From NCBI GenBank assembly GCA_044892525.1, contig CM097885.1, positions 50,470,001-50,534,000 of the forward strand: DNA of 64,000 nt, read 5' to 3'. The translations under genes and the position numbers were made by a program. Under the pieces are notes generated by a model. The model saw nothing but the letters and a program-made list of their open reading frames with translations. It was not told where the DNA came from and did not search any database. Shown here piece by piece: positions 1 to 11,800 of the stretch. Within the stretch, counting starts at the first letter, position 1. Each line of letters opens with the position of its first letter. This DNA is from Schmidtea polychroa (taxonomy: Eukaryota).

Positions 1-1399
1 TCCTTTTATACCTTGTCAATTTGTGGCACTTCAGATAATCAAATGTTTTCCCATTTTCTTTCTCCTGCTTTCCCCGACTGTACCATTTTTATCTCTGACA
101 GCTGTCAAGTTATTTTCCCTTTATTTTGTTTGACCGACTTCTCCCATTAATTCTGTTATCAGTGGAAAGCTGTCGAGATAAGGATATTGTTGTTTTCCCT
201 TTTCCCCGATTTCAAAATTCCTTTTCCTTTTTGTACTAATTAATTAGTACTGACCTTGGTTTTTATTTTCCTGTTTGATTCCTTTTATTTCCTTTATCCT
301 TCTCATTTTTAATTTCTTTTTACTTCCGTTTTCTTTTCTGAGTTCCAATAGATCGTCCCGTTTGTCATGGCGATCTTCCCCCAGGTAATTTTATTTATTT
401 CTTTATAAATTGTTATTTAGGTATCATCAACAATTGTAACCTGTGTTGGCATATTTTCAAATTTATCAACCTAAATACTTCTATTTTTGATTTCTAGAAA
501 TTCTAACTGTATTCGAAATGAATGTGTGAAAGGGAGAGAATAAATCAACAGAAGATAAAGATTAATTTTTTTTGAAAAAAATCTTGGAAGAAAAATAAAA
601 ATTTGTCATTGATAGATTTAATGATATTTACAATATTTATGAGAGCTGCTATTTCCCGACTCCTAACATAAGGCATTGGATGAAAAAAACATTACTGAGA
701 GTGGTACCTTTTTTATAAAGATCTCGGAAAGGACATAAGTCAAGATAGTCACACATCGAATCACAATTACAACAATGGATTTTGAATTTAAGACATAAAC
801 GTCTTATGGAGTTTCAATTACTTCAATGAAATTTATATAAATAGATTATAACTTCATTCAATTTCACCTGAATGTATCGTTATTGGTTTAGAAAAGCATT
901 TGTAGTTTGAGAAATTTGTAGAAATGAAAATGATGATAAAGAAATCAACTCTTTCAATGTGGTTAATTAATCTTCCAGAAACAATTCTATCATTATTAAA
1001 ATGTGAAAATATGTATCAATAAATAAACTCAGTGTTATTTAGAAAAAATTATTTATACAGAAATTTCAGATAAAATGAAAAAATAATTTTATCTTGATAA
1101 ATTTAAATATTAAAATTATCGATTGTCAATAACGATTTCTTTAATTATTAAAATATATAATTTTTACTCATCTATTTCAAATCAATTTCGTTTTCAAAAT
1201 AATTATTTCATTTTCCTAATACTATAATTTGGCTGACAAATTATAAGTAAAATATAAGATAAAATTTCATTTTATTTTTTATTATATTTTTTTCTTAGTT
1301 AGCTTGTATTTTATATTTATTAATTACAAATTTGTTTAAAAAATTCTTCTAAAACAGAATATTAAATAGGTTTAATAAACACTCCTAAATTCAACTTAC

Positions 1400-1633
1400 C
1401 ATATAGTCTTTCTAAGTGACACGGCTGCTTTTTAAATTGTTCTTTTAGATCATTAGCATTTTCTAAAATATCACAGTAATCTTTGGATAAAAAGGTATCA
1501 GCATCAGCATTTTCGTTAGTTTTCAATTCTTTTAATGGATCAATTAGCTGGACCTTTTTGGCCAACAAAAGTAGAGAATCAATTTTTGGATGAATCAAAC
1601 GAAGAATATATTCAATACTTTTATCATTTATGT
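1400..1633 (-). CDS. BBS7: BBS7 exon 12 (penultimate; terminal exon not found in the window)
   Basis: Phase 1/1; IHPK...LLLAKKVQLIDPLKEL...KKQPCHLERLYG. The 12 exons total 2026 nt in one open frame. Confidence 0.94.
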
Positions 1634-1996
1634 CTAAATGACAAAATGAATAATAATAATAATAATATTGATAATAATAGTAATAATAATTGTATTTATT
1701 AAAAAATTGACTATGAATCAGTAAAGATATCGATGTTTTTTAGATATTCACGAATTTTCGGCACAGCCTTTTTCAAGTGATTTTTCATAATAAAATTAAA
1801 TAATAATAATATTAATAATTATGATATAATAATAATATAGTAATAACGATAATAATTATAATAATAACAATAATAATGATAATAATAATAATAATAACAA
1901 TAATAATAATTGACAAGGACTATCTTATTGTCGAAAATTTTTTCATTAAATACCTTATTCGCAGCAAAACGCTTAAATTATCACTTAATTGTTTTA

Positions 1997-2069
<73 letters not shown>

Positions 2070-2193
2070 GTTATGATGTCCTCAACTTCTAAATTCATAA
2101 AATAAATCAATAATAATTCAATAAAATATATTTTTCAAAAAAACACTAAAACGAATATTATTCAAACAAAACTTTACATAACTCTCCCCTTCT

Positions 2194-5100
2194 TTAAGGA
2201 ACTGCCCATCTCTTAAGCCATTCAATTCGTCTGAGTTTCTTTGTCGTCCCGTCACTCAATTCCACCTGGTGTTCTGACAAAAACTTTGATATGACAAACG
2301 GACCTTCATACTGTAGTCCATCTTTGTCGCGATTTTGTGGTTCTTTCCGAACTAATACTTTCTCCCCCACCGTGAAACATCGATTCGTTCTCTTCTCTGT
2401 TTCCATCTCTTTCATTCGTTTAGCTGCTTTCTCACTGTTCTCTCTTACCAATCTATGTATCTCAACTGTATCCAATGTCGTCTGAGGCAATGTTGAATGA
2501 AGGTTAATCTTCCTCCCAAAAACAATTTCAAATGGAGAAAATCCCGTCGCGCTCTGTTGTGTCACGTTGATACAAAATTCTACTCGAGGAAGTAACTCCG
2601 CCCAATTTCGCTCTCTTAGTCCACCTGCTAATGATGTCGCCAGCAAGTCTCTGACTGTCCGTATTGTTCTCTCAACTAAACCGTTAGATTGATGCTGATA
2701 TGGTGAACTGAACTGTTGCGTAATACCCAGTCTTCCTAGATTTGTTTTCATAAAACCACTATCGAAGTTCTTCCCTCTGTCTGACAGACAATTTCGCGGT
2801 TTTCCGAAACGGTATATCCACTTCTCCAATATGGCTTTGAAAATCGATCTCTCGTCTTGTCTCTCCAGTGCGGTCAGACTGACCATTTTGCTAAAACGAT
2901 CAATGATAACTAGCATATACTTGTACACTCCACCATTCTTCATGTGTGCTATATCAATGACCAACTGTTCTAAAAATTCTGAACTTATTATCGGCAACAA
3001 TCGTTCCTTTGTCTTCTCCTGCACTATTTTCCTTCTGCAGCATATCTCACATACTCTCAAACAGTTTTGTATAGTTTCTTGCATGTTTGGCCAAAAAAAT
3101 ATGTTGCTCATATAGCTAATTAATTTCTTTACTCCAATGTGACACATTTCTGTATGTATTCCTTTAACTAACGTATTTGAGTAGTCTATCGGCACCAGGA
3201 TGACATCTTTACCATTCTTCTCTAATAATAAAAACCCATCTTCTAATTTTATGTTGTTATGCAAATTGAAAGGAAATTTCTTTTTATTCAAGTCATCTTT
3301 TTTCTCTTCTCCCTGTAACACTCTTGTCATGTGAATGAAATCTACATCATCTTGTTGCTTTTCTAAGAGTATTGTCATTGACTCAGTCTTCTGTAATGAG
3401 CTGATATGTCTTACTCTGGCTTTTTCTTCTTTTGCGTCTTCATGTCTAGTCTGGCATTGTGCACATAGCATCCCTTTAATCCTTGATATTCCGTCCGCAT
3501 TTCCATGTTCCTCTCCTTTCCTATATTGAAGATCGAAATCATATCCGGAAAGGTTGGCTAGCCAGGTTTGAAATTGCGGGCTTATCGGTTTTTTTGTGTA
3601 TCTCATGAAAACCAACGCCTTGTGATCCGTTCGTACTACAAATGACTTTCCGTATAGATATTGTTTAAAATACATTACATATTCGTGTATAGCAAGTAAC
3701 TCCTTCCTAGTCACGCAATAACCTTTTTCATGTGCGGTCAAGTGTCTCGACCCATATGCAATTACTACTTCAGTACCATCTTCTTTAGCTTGACATAAAA
3801 CTTCTCCGATGGCCCCAAAACTAGCGTCTGTATCCAGAATAAAGTTTCTATCCATTCTTGGGTAATCTAGAATTGGAGCTTCACACAACTTTGTTTTAAG
3901 TAATTCAAAACTATTGTTGCAATCTTCTGACCAATTATTCTTTTTCTCACAGCCGGACGTAGCTGCATGTAGAGGTTCCGCAATTTTCGCATAGTCTTTT
4001 ATAAACTTCCTATAGTAATTGGTCATACCTAAAAAGGATCTTAATTGTTTGGCGCATACTGGTATTTCTGCATCTTGAATCTCTTTAATCTTCTTGTCAT
4101 TCGTTTTTATCCCACTTGCACTTACAGTGTGCCCTAGGAATGTCAATTCTTCTTTATACAGATTACATTTTTCTGGGTTAATTCTCAACCCCGCTAGTTG
4201 AATTCTTCTGAATACTTCCTCTAATCGGTTATTGTGTTCCTCTATGTCTTTTCCATAGACAAGAATGTCGTCGAGGTAGACAACAACACCCTTAAATAAT
4301 ATTCCATCCAACATTGAGTGCATCATTCTTTGAAACGTCGCAGGGGCTGTTGCTAGTCCAAAAGGAAGTCGGTTAAAACAAAACTGTCCTTGCCTTGTAC
4401 TGAAAGCCGTGACCTCTTGAATTTCCTTCGCCATTCCAACTTGATAATATGCTTGACCTAGATCGATGGATGTGAAATATTTTGAATCTGCCAGACAATC
4501 CAGTAGAAATCGTGTATCTGGCATTGGAAAAGATATCTTTTCAGTGATCGCATTCAACCCTCTATAGTCGACACACATCCTTATTGATCCATCTTTCTTA
4601 GCCACAATCACTAGTGGCGCGTTCCATGCACTTTTGCATTTTCTAATAACTCTCGCTTCTAATAAGTTTGTGACAAGTTCGTCAAGCTTTTGTTCTAAAT
4701 GCATTGGTTGTCTTCTTGGCTGTAACATTACAGGCCCACCTACTATATTCATTTCATGCTGAACAACTTTCGTAAACCCGAGATCAAAAGTTGAAGCCAT
4801 AAAAATACCTTTGAACTTCCGTAGCAATATGTCTAACTGTTCATTCTTCCTGTCTCCAAGCATTAATAATGCTTTCTCTTCTCGTTGTGAGTCCACATAT
4901 GTCCTCCCTACTTGTGACGCTTCAATATTGTCTACCTCTACCAGTTGAATACCAAATCTCTCCATTGTATCTACACCCCCAATGAAATCTGGACGTATAT
5001 CTTTGACAACTATAACATTAATAATTCTTTTTTTCCCATTCCAATCAGCTTCTATCGTCATTGCCCCTAACGGTCTTTCCATTCCCGTCGAAAATACTCC

Positions 5101-5355
5101 ACAAAGAGAAATTGTGCTCTGCTTCAACCTCGGTTTCCCGATCTTTGTCCAACTTTTTTCACTCATAACTGATACTGACGCTCCAGAGTCCCAAAGCATG
5201 TCAATCGCCGTCATGTTTATTACAATCTTACTCCACTTTCTTCTGTCTGTCGTCTCATACATCTTCTGCATCATGTCTTCATTTCGCTTCTTTCTACTGC
5301 TTATTGTGTCGACCCCACTGACGAAATGAAAGCAATGGGATCGTCCTTGTTTTTT
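2194..5355 (-). CDS. pol: Ty3/Gypsy pol (PR-RT-RNaseH-IN), open from the -1 frameshift site
   Basis: DSGAS protease, YLDD RT, TDAS RNase H, HHCC and DDE integrase, GPF motif; Gypsy domain order; no stop codons. Confidence 0.96.
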   Translation of the reverse strand, partial: KKQGRSHCFHFVSGVDTISSRKKRNEDMMQKMYETTDRRKWSKIVINMTAIDMLWDSGASVSVMSEKSWTKIGKPRLKQSTISLCGVFSTGMERPLGAMTIEADWNGKKRIINVIVVKDIRPDFIGGVDTMERFGIQLVEVDNIEASQVGRTYVDSQREEKALLMLGDRKNEQLDILLRKFKGIFMASTFDLGFTKVVQHEMNIVGGPVMLQPRRQPMHLEQKLDELVTNLLEARVIRKCKSAWNAPLVIVAKKDGSIRMCVDYRGLNAITEKISFPMPDTRFLLDCLADSKYFTSIDLGQAYYQVGMAKEIQEVTAFSTRQGQFCFNRLPFGLATAPATFQRMMHSMLDGILFKGVVVYLDDILVYGKDIEEHNNRLEEVFRRIQLAGLRINPEKCNLYKEELTFLGHTVSASGIKTNDKKIKEIQDAEIPVCAKQLRSFLGMTNYYRKFIKDYAKIAEPLHAATSGCEKKNNWSEDCNNSFELLKTKLCEAPILDYPRMDRNFILDTDASFGAIGEVLCQAKEDGTEVVIAYGSRHLTAHEKGYCVTRKELLAIHEYVMYFKQYLYGKSFVVRTDHKALVFMRYTKKPISPQFQTWLANLSGYDFDLQYRKGEEHGNADGISRIKGMLCAQCQTRHEDAKEEKARVRHISSLQKTESMTILLEKQQDDVDFIHMTRVLQGEEKKDDLNKKKFPFNLHNNIKLEDGFLLLEKNGKDVILVPIDYSNTLVKGIHTEMCHIGVKKLISYMSNIFFWPNMQETIQNCLRVCEICCRRKIVQEKTKERLLPIISSEFLEQLVIDIAHMKNGGVYKYMLVIIDRFSKMVSLTALERQDERSIFKAILEKWIYRFGKPRNCLSDRGKNFDSGFMKTNLGRLGITQQFSSPYQHQSNGLVERTIRTVRDLLATSLAGGLRERNWAELLPRVEFCINVTQQSATGFSPFEIVFGRKINLHSTLPQTTLDTVEIHRLVRENSEKAAKRMKEMETEKRTNRCFTVGEKVLVRKEPQNRDKDGLQYEGPFVISKFLSEHQVELSDGTTKKLRRIEWLKRWAVP
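5278..5355 (-). promoter_or_regulatory. -1 programmed ribosomal frameshift signal (slippery A AAA AAC plus H-type pseudoknot)
   Basis: Heptamer at 5355-5349, 5-nt spacer, 11-bp stem 1, 9-bp stem 2; pol lies in the -1 frame relative to gag. Confidence 0.85.
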
Positions 5356-6086
5356 GGTTTATCCATTGATTTTTTTATCGTTTCTTCGTAATTACTGTAT
5401 AAATCTTCTTTATTTTTTTTATTTCTTTCGTGATCTTCTTCGTAAATACATGCCACTCTCTTCTGATATCCATTTCTATTTTTAAGCAAAAAACAATCTC
5501 TGAATCCATGACCTTCTTTTCCACAGATTAGACATTTGTCTTTCATTGGACATTCAAAATGCCGGTGCCCTTTTTCTCCACAACAAAAACACTGACCTGG
5601 TGTCAGTTTCACTGGATGAGGCGAATCTCTTCCTTTGCTGTCATTAAATAACCTTCTTGCAATATCTTTAAGCGATACTGTAGGTATTCTTCTCTCTGGT
5701 TCTACTGTCTCATATCGTCCTCTATACCGCTCATTTTCATTCTTGTCTTCATTTACAATTGGTACAAACCGACCATTACCAGGTCTATTCCTCTCATGAT
5801 TAATCTCTCGGTGTTCGTCGCGTTGATGTGCAGTTGTCTTCACAATTGTTCTTTGGTCTCGTCTACCCTCGAATTTACCATTTTTCATCACTGATGCGTA
5901 GGAGTCTCTTCTTATGGCATCAATATTGCATTTATTGTCATTCGTCATCTCGATCTTCTCCTGAATTTTTGCCATATCCCTGGCATCTTCAAAACTTGTC
6001 ACTTTCCCTGATAAGAATATTTCTTTTACTCTATCGTCTTTCGCTCTGTTTGAGATAATGTCTCGAACAATCTGTTCATCAGACAT
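5301..6086 (-). CDS. gag: Gypsy gag, 5'-truncated
   Basis: Two CX2CX4HX4C knuckles (CFCCGEKGHRHFEC, CLICGKEGHGFRDC). Confidence 0.9.
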   Translation of the reverse strand: MSDEQIVRDIISNRAKDDRVKEIFLSGKVTSFEDARDMAKIQEKIEMTNDNKCNIDAIRRDSYASVMKNGKFEGRRDQRTIVKTTAHQRDEHREINHERNRPGNGRFVPIVNEDKNENERYRGRYETVEPERRIPTVSLKDIARRLFNDSKGRDSPHPVKLTPGQCFCCGEKGHRHFECPMKDKCLICGKEGHGFRDCFLLKNRNGYQKRVACIYEEDHERNKKNKEDLYSNYEETIKKSMDKPKNKDDPIAFISSVGSTQ

Positions 6087-6780
6087 TCCAGAGCTAAATA
6101 CACTTTTAACTAAACTTCTTACTCGTATTTCGAAGACTTGGAATCTTTAAGCAAAATCAATAAGAAGCTATGCTGCAATGAAAATATATTTATCAACAAT
6201 AAAAAAGCCCATTTTCATGATGTCGTTGATAAAATCCTGTTTAAAGAAAATGAAAGCTGGTTCATCAATATATCAATCTAAGGATACAAGTTCGATTCTA
6301 ATGAAATCATGACGACAATTTTGAAGGTCGATAGTGCCAGATTAGAATTTTAACTGTTTTATTTTAAAAATGTTTAATCAATAATTTGTTTATTGATTTT
6401 TTAATTGTTTGTAGATTTGTGTCCGTCTGCTTTATATTGGGTCAATAATAATGTTATTATTATTTTAAATTAGGCCATTATCGACTCGTAAATTCTAAAC
6501 CTTGTTCCACCAGTGTAACCATCCATTTCATTCCTTTAATGAGTCAAAATTAGGTTTACCTTGTTTGTCCATCATTGTTCATCATAAAATGACTCTAAAT
6601 CAACATAACCCACTTGACAACGCAGACTCTTTTAAATTATATTAACCTTTTGACCACCATCTTTAAATCAACCTCAATGACCTTGATTGGGGGTAGTGGG
6701 CTACTGAACTCATTATATACTACTTATAATAAATAATAATAATTAATTAATTTGTTCAAAAATCTATAATTTCTATAGTT

Positions 6781-6876
6781 ATTATATCCTACCTGACGAT
6801 GACTGTCGAAATACGTAAAGTGAATGTTCAAGTGACGCTTTCTTATAATTATATCGTTGCCATGTGTGTTTAATTA
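6781..6876 (+). mobile_element. Solo Penelope-like terminal repeat fragment with a degenerate hammerhead
   Basis: CTGACGA-T-GACTGTC-GAAA; flanks resemble 25545-25660 and 58650-58740 in reverse. Confidence 0.6.
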
Positions 6877-7145
6877 TGTATTCAATAATAATATCAATAT
6901 TAATGAGTGTTCTTTCATAATCCAAATTTTTTTTCACATTTTCAAGTCGAGTCATAAGACACCTTCTAAGCCTGATCAAAAGAATTTATTCATTAAATTT
7001 GTTGATTATAATATAATTTTAATTTACAATCATTTGATTGGTGAATTCGGTAATTAATTCAAAAACAATTTTTTTGAAATTGCGTCAATATTAAAACATA
7101 CAATACGTTATTTAACAATTAATTTTCAACTAAATGGAAATTTAC

Positions 7146-7429
7146 CGTAACTAATATCAAGAGAAATTCCTTTTTTCGTAGCTTCTTTTGTTAAAACATC
7201 TTTCAAAATAGAAATTACAGAAAGATTGTCAGACCGAAAAACGACTTCTTCTTTCTGACAAATGCACTCGAGTTGAGTTAGAAGAAAAGTTGATTCGTAG
7301 CAAATATTGATAATATTTTCCGGACCAGTAGCTACGATTCGTTCTGGAGTTTCTGGCAAACAAAATATAATCCAACTGTACATTTCTGCCAATGAAAATT
7401 TTCCTCGGAGAGTTAATGTATTGAATGGC
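7146..7429 (-). CDS. BBS7: BBS7 exon 11
   Basis: Phase 2/1; RPFNTLTLRGKFSLAEMYSW...FRSDNLSVISILKDVLTKEATKK. Confidence 0.94.
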
Positions 7430-8125
7430 CTGGAGTGAATTGATTTATTAAATTTTTTTCATTTTTTTAAATACTTTTTTTAAACATTTCAAAAAGACTT
7501 TAGTGAAAATTTGTGATTATCCTTAAGATGTATTGATTTAATTAACGAAATTGTAGAATAAAGTTATATTTAAGATCTTAATATCTTTATGACATCAAAT
7601 TACAAGCCTAAAAATTTGTTTTAAAATTATTTAAACTGGCCGAAATCTAAATGATTTATACACACGAGTCTATTTTTGCACCAATTTGTATTTTATAAAA
7701 TTTATCTCATTAAAATTTAACGTGTAAGAAATTATATTGTATAAAACATATAAACTTACTATAAGGCTGAAAATAGGGTTTAAAAAATCAATGAAACATT
7801 TAAACACGACAAATGTCATTGTTACAATAAAACAAACACAAATAAGATACAAAAAGGACCTGCTGCAAAATATCCTTATATTTTAAAGAAATACTTCTTT
7901 AAAATGAAATTGGAAAAACTTTCAGAGGATAGTAACCCAATGAAACCTCCATTATGGGAAAACGAAGAAATTAGTGAGTTTTAATTGTTTATTATTAATA
8001 ATTGTTGTTAAATTATTATTACAAAATCATTTTCGCCATATTAAAAAATTTTTGCGAAGAGGAAATAATATGCAATTGACTAAATACATTTTTAAGTCTT
8101 GATAATATCAATTTAAAGTATTTAA

Positions 8126-8346
8126 CCCTTTAACCACTAAAACCGTCTACAGACGGTCATCAAAAAAACCCCATTTGATTCAAATCAAAATATTTTCGCG
8201 TTCCAACCAGTAAGACCGTTTTTCGTCTGTAAAACTCCCGACCATAACTTGTAGGTTTCAACACGATCAAACACATAGTTTGCTTGTAACGGTCAGTTTC
8301 GTTTAGAACTTCGGTTCCTCGTAATTCTATTTCAGTGGTTTAAGGG
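8126..8346. mobile_element. piggyBac-type MITE
   Basis: TTAA TSDs; imperfect TIRs CCCTTTAACCACTAAAA / CCCTTAAACCACTGAAA. Confidence 0.8.
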
Positions 8347-8904
8347 TTAATAAATTTAACAGTTATAATAATTAAAATTTTTTCAATAAAATCTATTTAG
8401 ATTAGAGAATAATTTAAAATATGAAATTTTCAGACTTTGATAAGAAATCCGTAAAATATTTTATGAGCAGTAATTATTCATTCTTCTTTATATTTAAATT
8501 CTGCCAACACAATAAACCTGGTTTCATGGAATACACCAAAAAGCGTAAATTACGGTACGCTTAGACAAAAAATTAAGGTCTAGTATAAGAGATAATTAAT
8601 TTATATATAGAAAAAATACGGATTTGGAATAAGAATTACATGCATTTACTATAGAAGTGCAGAGGAGTGATGTTAATTATAATATATTTAAAATAATTCC
8701 AATTTAAAACCTTTTTATAAATTTGTAAAATGATGATGGACTACCGAAAATTATTGAAAATCTAGAAGAAAAACATCTAAAAACGTCACAGAACAAGGAG
8801 AAAATTACTGCAATTACATAAAAAAAATTCCCTAAATTATTTATAATTGAAAACATTCTAGAAGTTTCAAAAATTAATTTAAATTAATTTTAATAAGTTA
8901 TACC

Positions 8905-9310
8905 CAGTGATGAGCTATGCATGTCCCACGGGGGCTCGGCAGAGCCCCTTGTTAACTTTTAAAAATTTTGCGAGCCCCTTGTTGTTCTTTCAACTGTCAT
9001 TTTGCGCTTCACTTCAAATTAAAATTTCTATTGTTTTAATGGGAAAATGTAAAATATAGAACTTTTATTTCTAAAATCAAAATATAGAAACTTTTTTAAT
9101 ATAAAAAATTTAACAAATTATTTAAAATTTTCGATTTTTTACGATATGTGATATCATTTTTATGGTTGCTGATTTTGCAGAGGTGTTTGGAAATTATTCG
9201 ACGTAACCAGTGGTGAGCTATGCATGTCCCACGGGGGCTCGGTAGAGCCCCTTGTTAACTTTTTAAAAATTTTGCGAGCCCTTTGTTGTTTTTTTCACAG
9301 CTCACCACTG
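8905..9310. mobile_element. hAT-type MITE (CAGTGGTGAGCT family) with an internally duplicated left end
   Basis: TIRs CAGTG(A/G)TGAGCT...AGCTCACCACTG; 8-bp TSD gttatacc/gtcatacc; first ~90 bp repeated at 9208. Confidence 0.8.
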
Positions 9311-9336
9311 GTCATACCGTTTTCAAAAAATATTCA

Positions 9337-9922
9337 TAAATAACCTGAAATTCATAAATGCAAAATTTTAATTTAAATAAAAATATTCAATTTGAGAACT
9401 CTGAGTTTTCGAGAAAATAGTAAATGATGAAGAATAATTTTATTTTCAGAATCATTTAGCTTTTTAATTTGCAAATAGGAGATAAATTTAAAAAATTCAA
9501 TATAAATCCTAAAAACATAATTTTATTAATATTCGCCATTTTGTTTCAAAAATGGTATAAATAAAACGAAAATGTTGCGAATATTTAAAAATAATTTTAA
9601 GGTTAAAAATTATTAAAACCTACTTTAAATAAATAACCTGAAATTCATAAATGCAAAATTTTAATTTAAATAAAAATATTCAATTTGAGAACTCTGAGTT
9701 TTCGAGAAAATAGTAAATGATGAAGAATAATTTTATTTTCAGAATCATTTAGCTTTTTAATTTGCAAATAGGAGATAAATTTAAAAAATTCAATATAAAT
9801 CCTAAAAACATAATTTTATTAATATTCGCCATTTTGTTTCAAAAATGGTATAAATAAAACGAAAATGTTGCGAATATTTAAAAATAATTTTAAGGTTAAA
9901 AATTATTAAAACCTACTTTAAA
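9337..9922. repeat. Tandem duplication, 2 x 293 bp
   Basis: 9337-9629 and 9630-9922 appear identical by eye. Confidence 0.9.
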
Positions 9923-10142
9923 TTGTAAAAATAATAATTGCTGACAAATTATGAGTAATATATATGTTTACACACAAATCTGTGTATGACACTACCCCAT
10001 GCAAACACTTATATAAGATTTTTATGTTTTGCAACTCTCTGTGATATTTTAAAACATAAATTAATTAAATATAACTTTATCTCAATGTTAACCAAAATTA
10101 CATACTATAAACATATATATATATATAAAATTTATTACAAAC

Positions 10143-10345
10143 CTGGAATTGTCAATTGTATGAGATCTTTTGTGTAATGACAATGGTTTGACGGGAAACA
10201 CAAGCATCTGACACGTTTTAACACTTGACTTTGGTGTAACATAAACTCTGATATTGCCATACTGCCCTTCTATGCTCCGAATTTTAACACCTAGTCTAGT
10301 TGTATTTGTTTGACACCGATATGTTGCTAGTAAACAGTTACCATC
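10143..10345 (-). CDS. BBS7: BBS7 exon 10
   Basis: Phase 0/2; [14 protein letters not shown]...IRSIEGQYG...KPLSLHKR. Confidence 0.94.
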
Positions 10346-11058
10346 CTACAAAATAGTGAAATTAATAAAATATTAAAATAAAATTGCAAGAAATATTATG
10401 ACTAGTGTTTTAAAATCAATAATTATTTTAATTTAATTAAACAAACTTTCTAATAATAAAATAAGCAGTTAACACCGGTACATTCTTAGATTAAGATTCT
10501 GACGGATTGGTAATTAAATATTCAAAGTCTTTACGTCATCTCTTTATAACAGCACTTCAATATAATGTTGTGTCATAATAAGACAAAGAAATAAATCGAT
10601 AAAAATTGCCCCCAAACCCTAGAAAACTTTGACACGTTATCTTAAATAACGTTTTTTATCTAAATATTTTCGAAATCAAGCCATTTCAATTAGACATAAA
10701 TCTTCAAAACACAACGATGAATCTATAATATATCTAATGCTTATTTTTAAAAAATTCTAAATACGTCAACATTCATTTAATCTGCACTTTCCAATATAAT
10801 ATATTCCTAATCTTAGATATTTTCTGTTCTTTTATCACATGCTTAATTTTCCGAAAAACATTATTCAAAAATCCAATTGTCGAGATGACACGCAACTTAC
10901 AAATATTAATCACATGAAATAATCTAAACCTGTCTAAATAAACACATCTAAAATAAAAAGAGCAAGTACAATGAACATTGGGGAAAAGTATGCAGGGTTC
11001 ACATCAATTTAAGATACAAAATGCCATATTTTGCAAAACATGTAATAAATCCTACATT

Positions 11059-11800
11059 CAGTGGTGAACTATAAAGGGCTGGTACGAGTCCCATGAGAAT
11101 TTTTTTTGATAATTTGCGAGCCCCTTGTTATTTCAGGATTTTTTAATATAAGTTATTATAAACATTTAACTTTATATGTAACAACGTCTTTTCATTTTCA
11201 CTTCAATGTTTATATTGATCATTTATGAACTGATTACATTTAGAATTGACATTGCATAAAAATTCAAAGATTATTGAGAAATTATAAACTGCATATATCA
11301 GTGGTTCTCAATTAATATAAAAGGGCGGAACACCATTCACATGATTTTATTTACGCGGAACACTGACAAACAAATATTTGCCAACAATGAGTAACCAATC
11401 ACAAATTACTATAAATCTGTCGTAAACGTAAACAATGCCTTCTTATAAGCAAAGAAAATACCACGCGCAACAATAACAAGCAATAAAACACTTTTATATT
11501 TGTATGTTTATATATCTGTGTAACGGCTTTCTTAATGAATCATCTTATAAAAAAATTAATTGAGGTTTTTGATGATTTGTATCTTAAATGCAAATTTAAA
11601 GATAAAATGTCATTTTTTCCGCGGAACACTGGAAGCGCAATCGCGGAACACGGATTGAGAACCACTGGCATATATATTAGTATACTGTGTAAATTCATTA
11701 TGAATTAAATCATTCAAATTATAATAATTTATCAATATAATTTTTATTTTTACCAAACTAGTAGCGAGCACTTTCTTAAAATTTTTATAGCTCACCACTG
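11059..11800. mobile_element. hAT-type MITE (same family as 8905) carrying a nested MITE
   Basis: TIRs CAGTGGTGAACTATA / TATAGCTCACCACTG; TSD cctacatt/cctgcatt. Confidence 0.8.
11299..11667. mobile_element. Nested hAT-type MITE (CAGTGGTTCTCAAT TIRs)
   Basis: 14-bp TIRs; perfect 8-bp TSD gcatatat. Confidence 0.88.

Larger units (their letters stand above)
2069..6145 (-). mobile_element. Gypsy LTR retrotransposon in BBS7 intron 11, lacking its 5' end
   Basis: gag-pol; polypurine tract at ~2184-2195; putative 115-bp 3' LTR at 2069-2183 with AGTTATG...CATAACT termini; no second LTR seen. Confidence 0.9.

Noticed and set aside
441..470. AG/GT-bounded VDKFENMPTQ as the BBS7 terminal exon
   Set aside because: In the phase required after exon 12 it reads straight into a stop and does not match the expected GMITDLFIDKFK.
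2291..6058. Plus-strand ORFs overlapping the Gypsy element
   Set aside because: Antisense shadows of gag-pol with no recognisable motifs.
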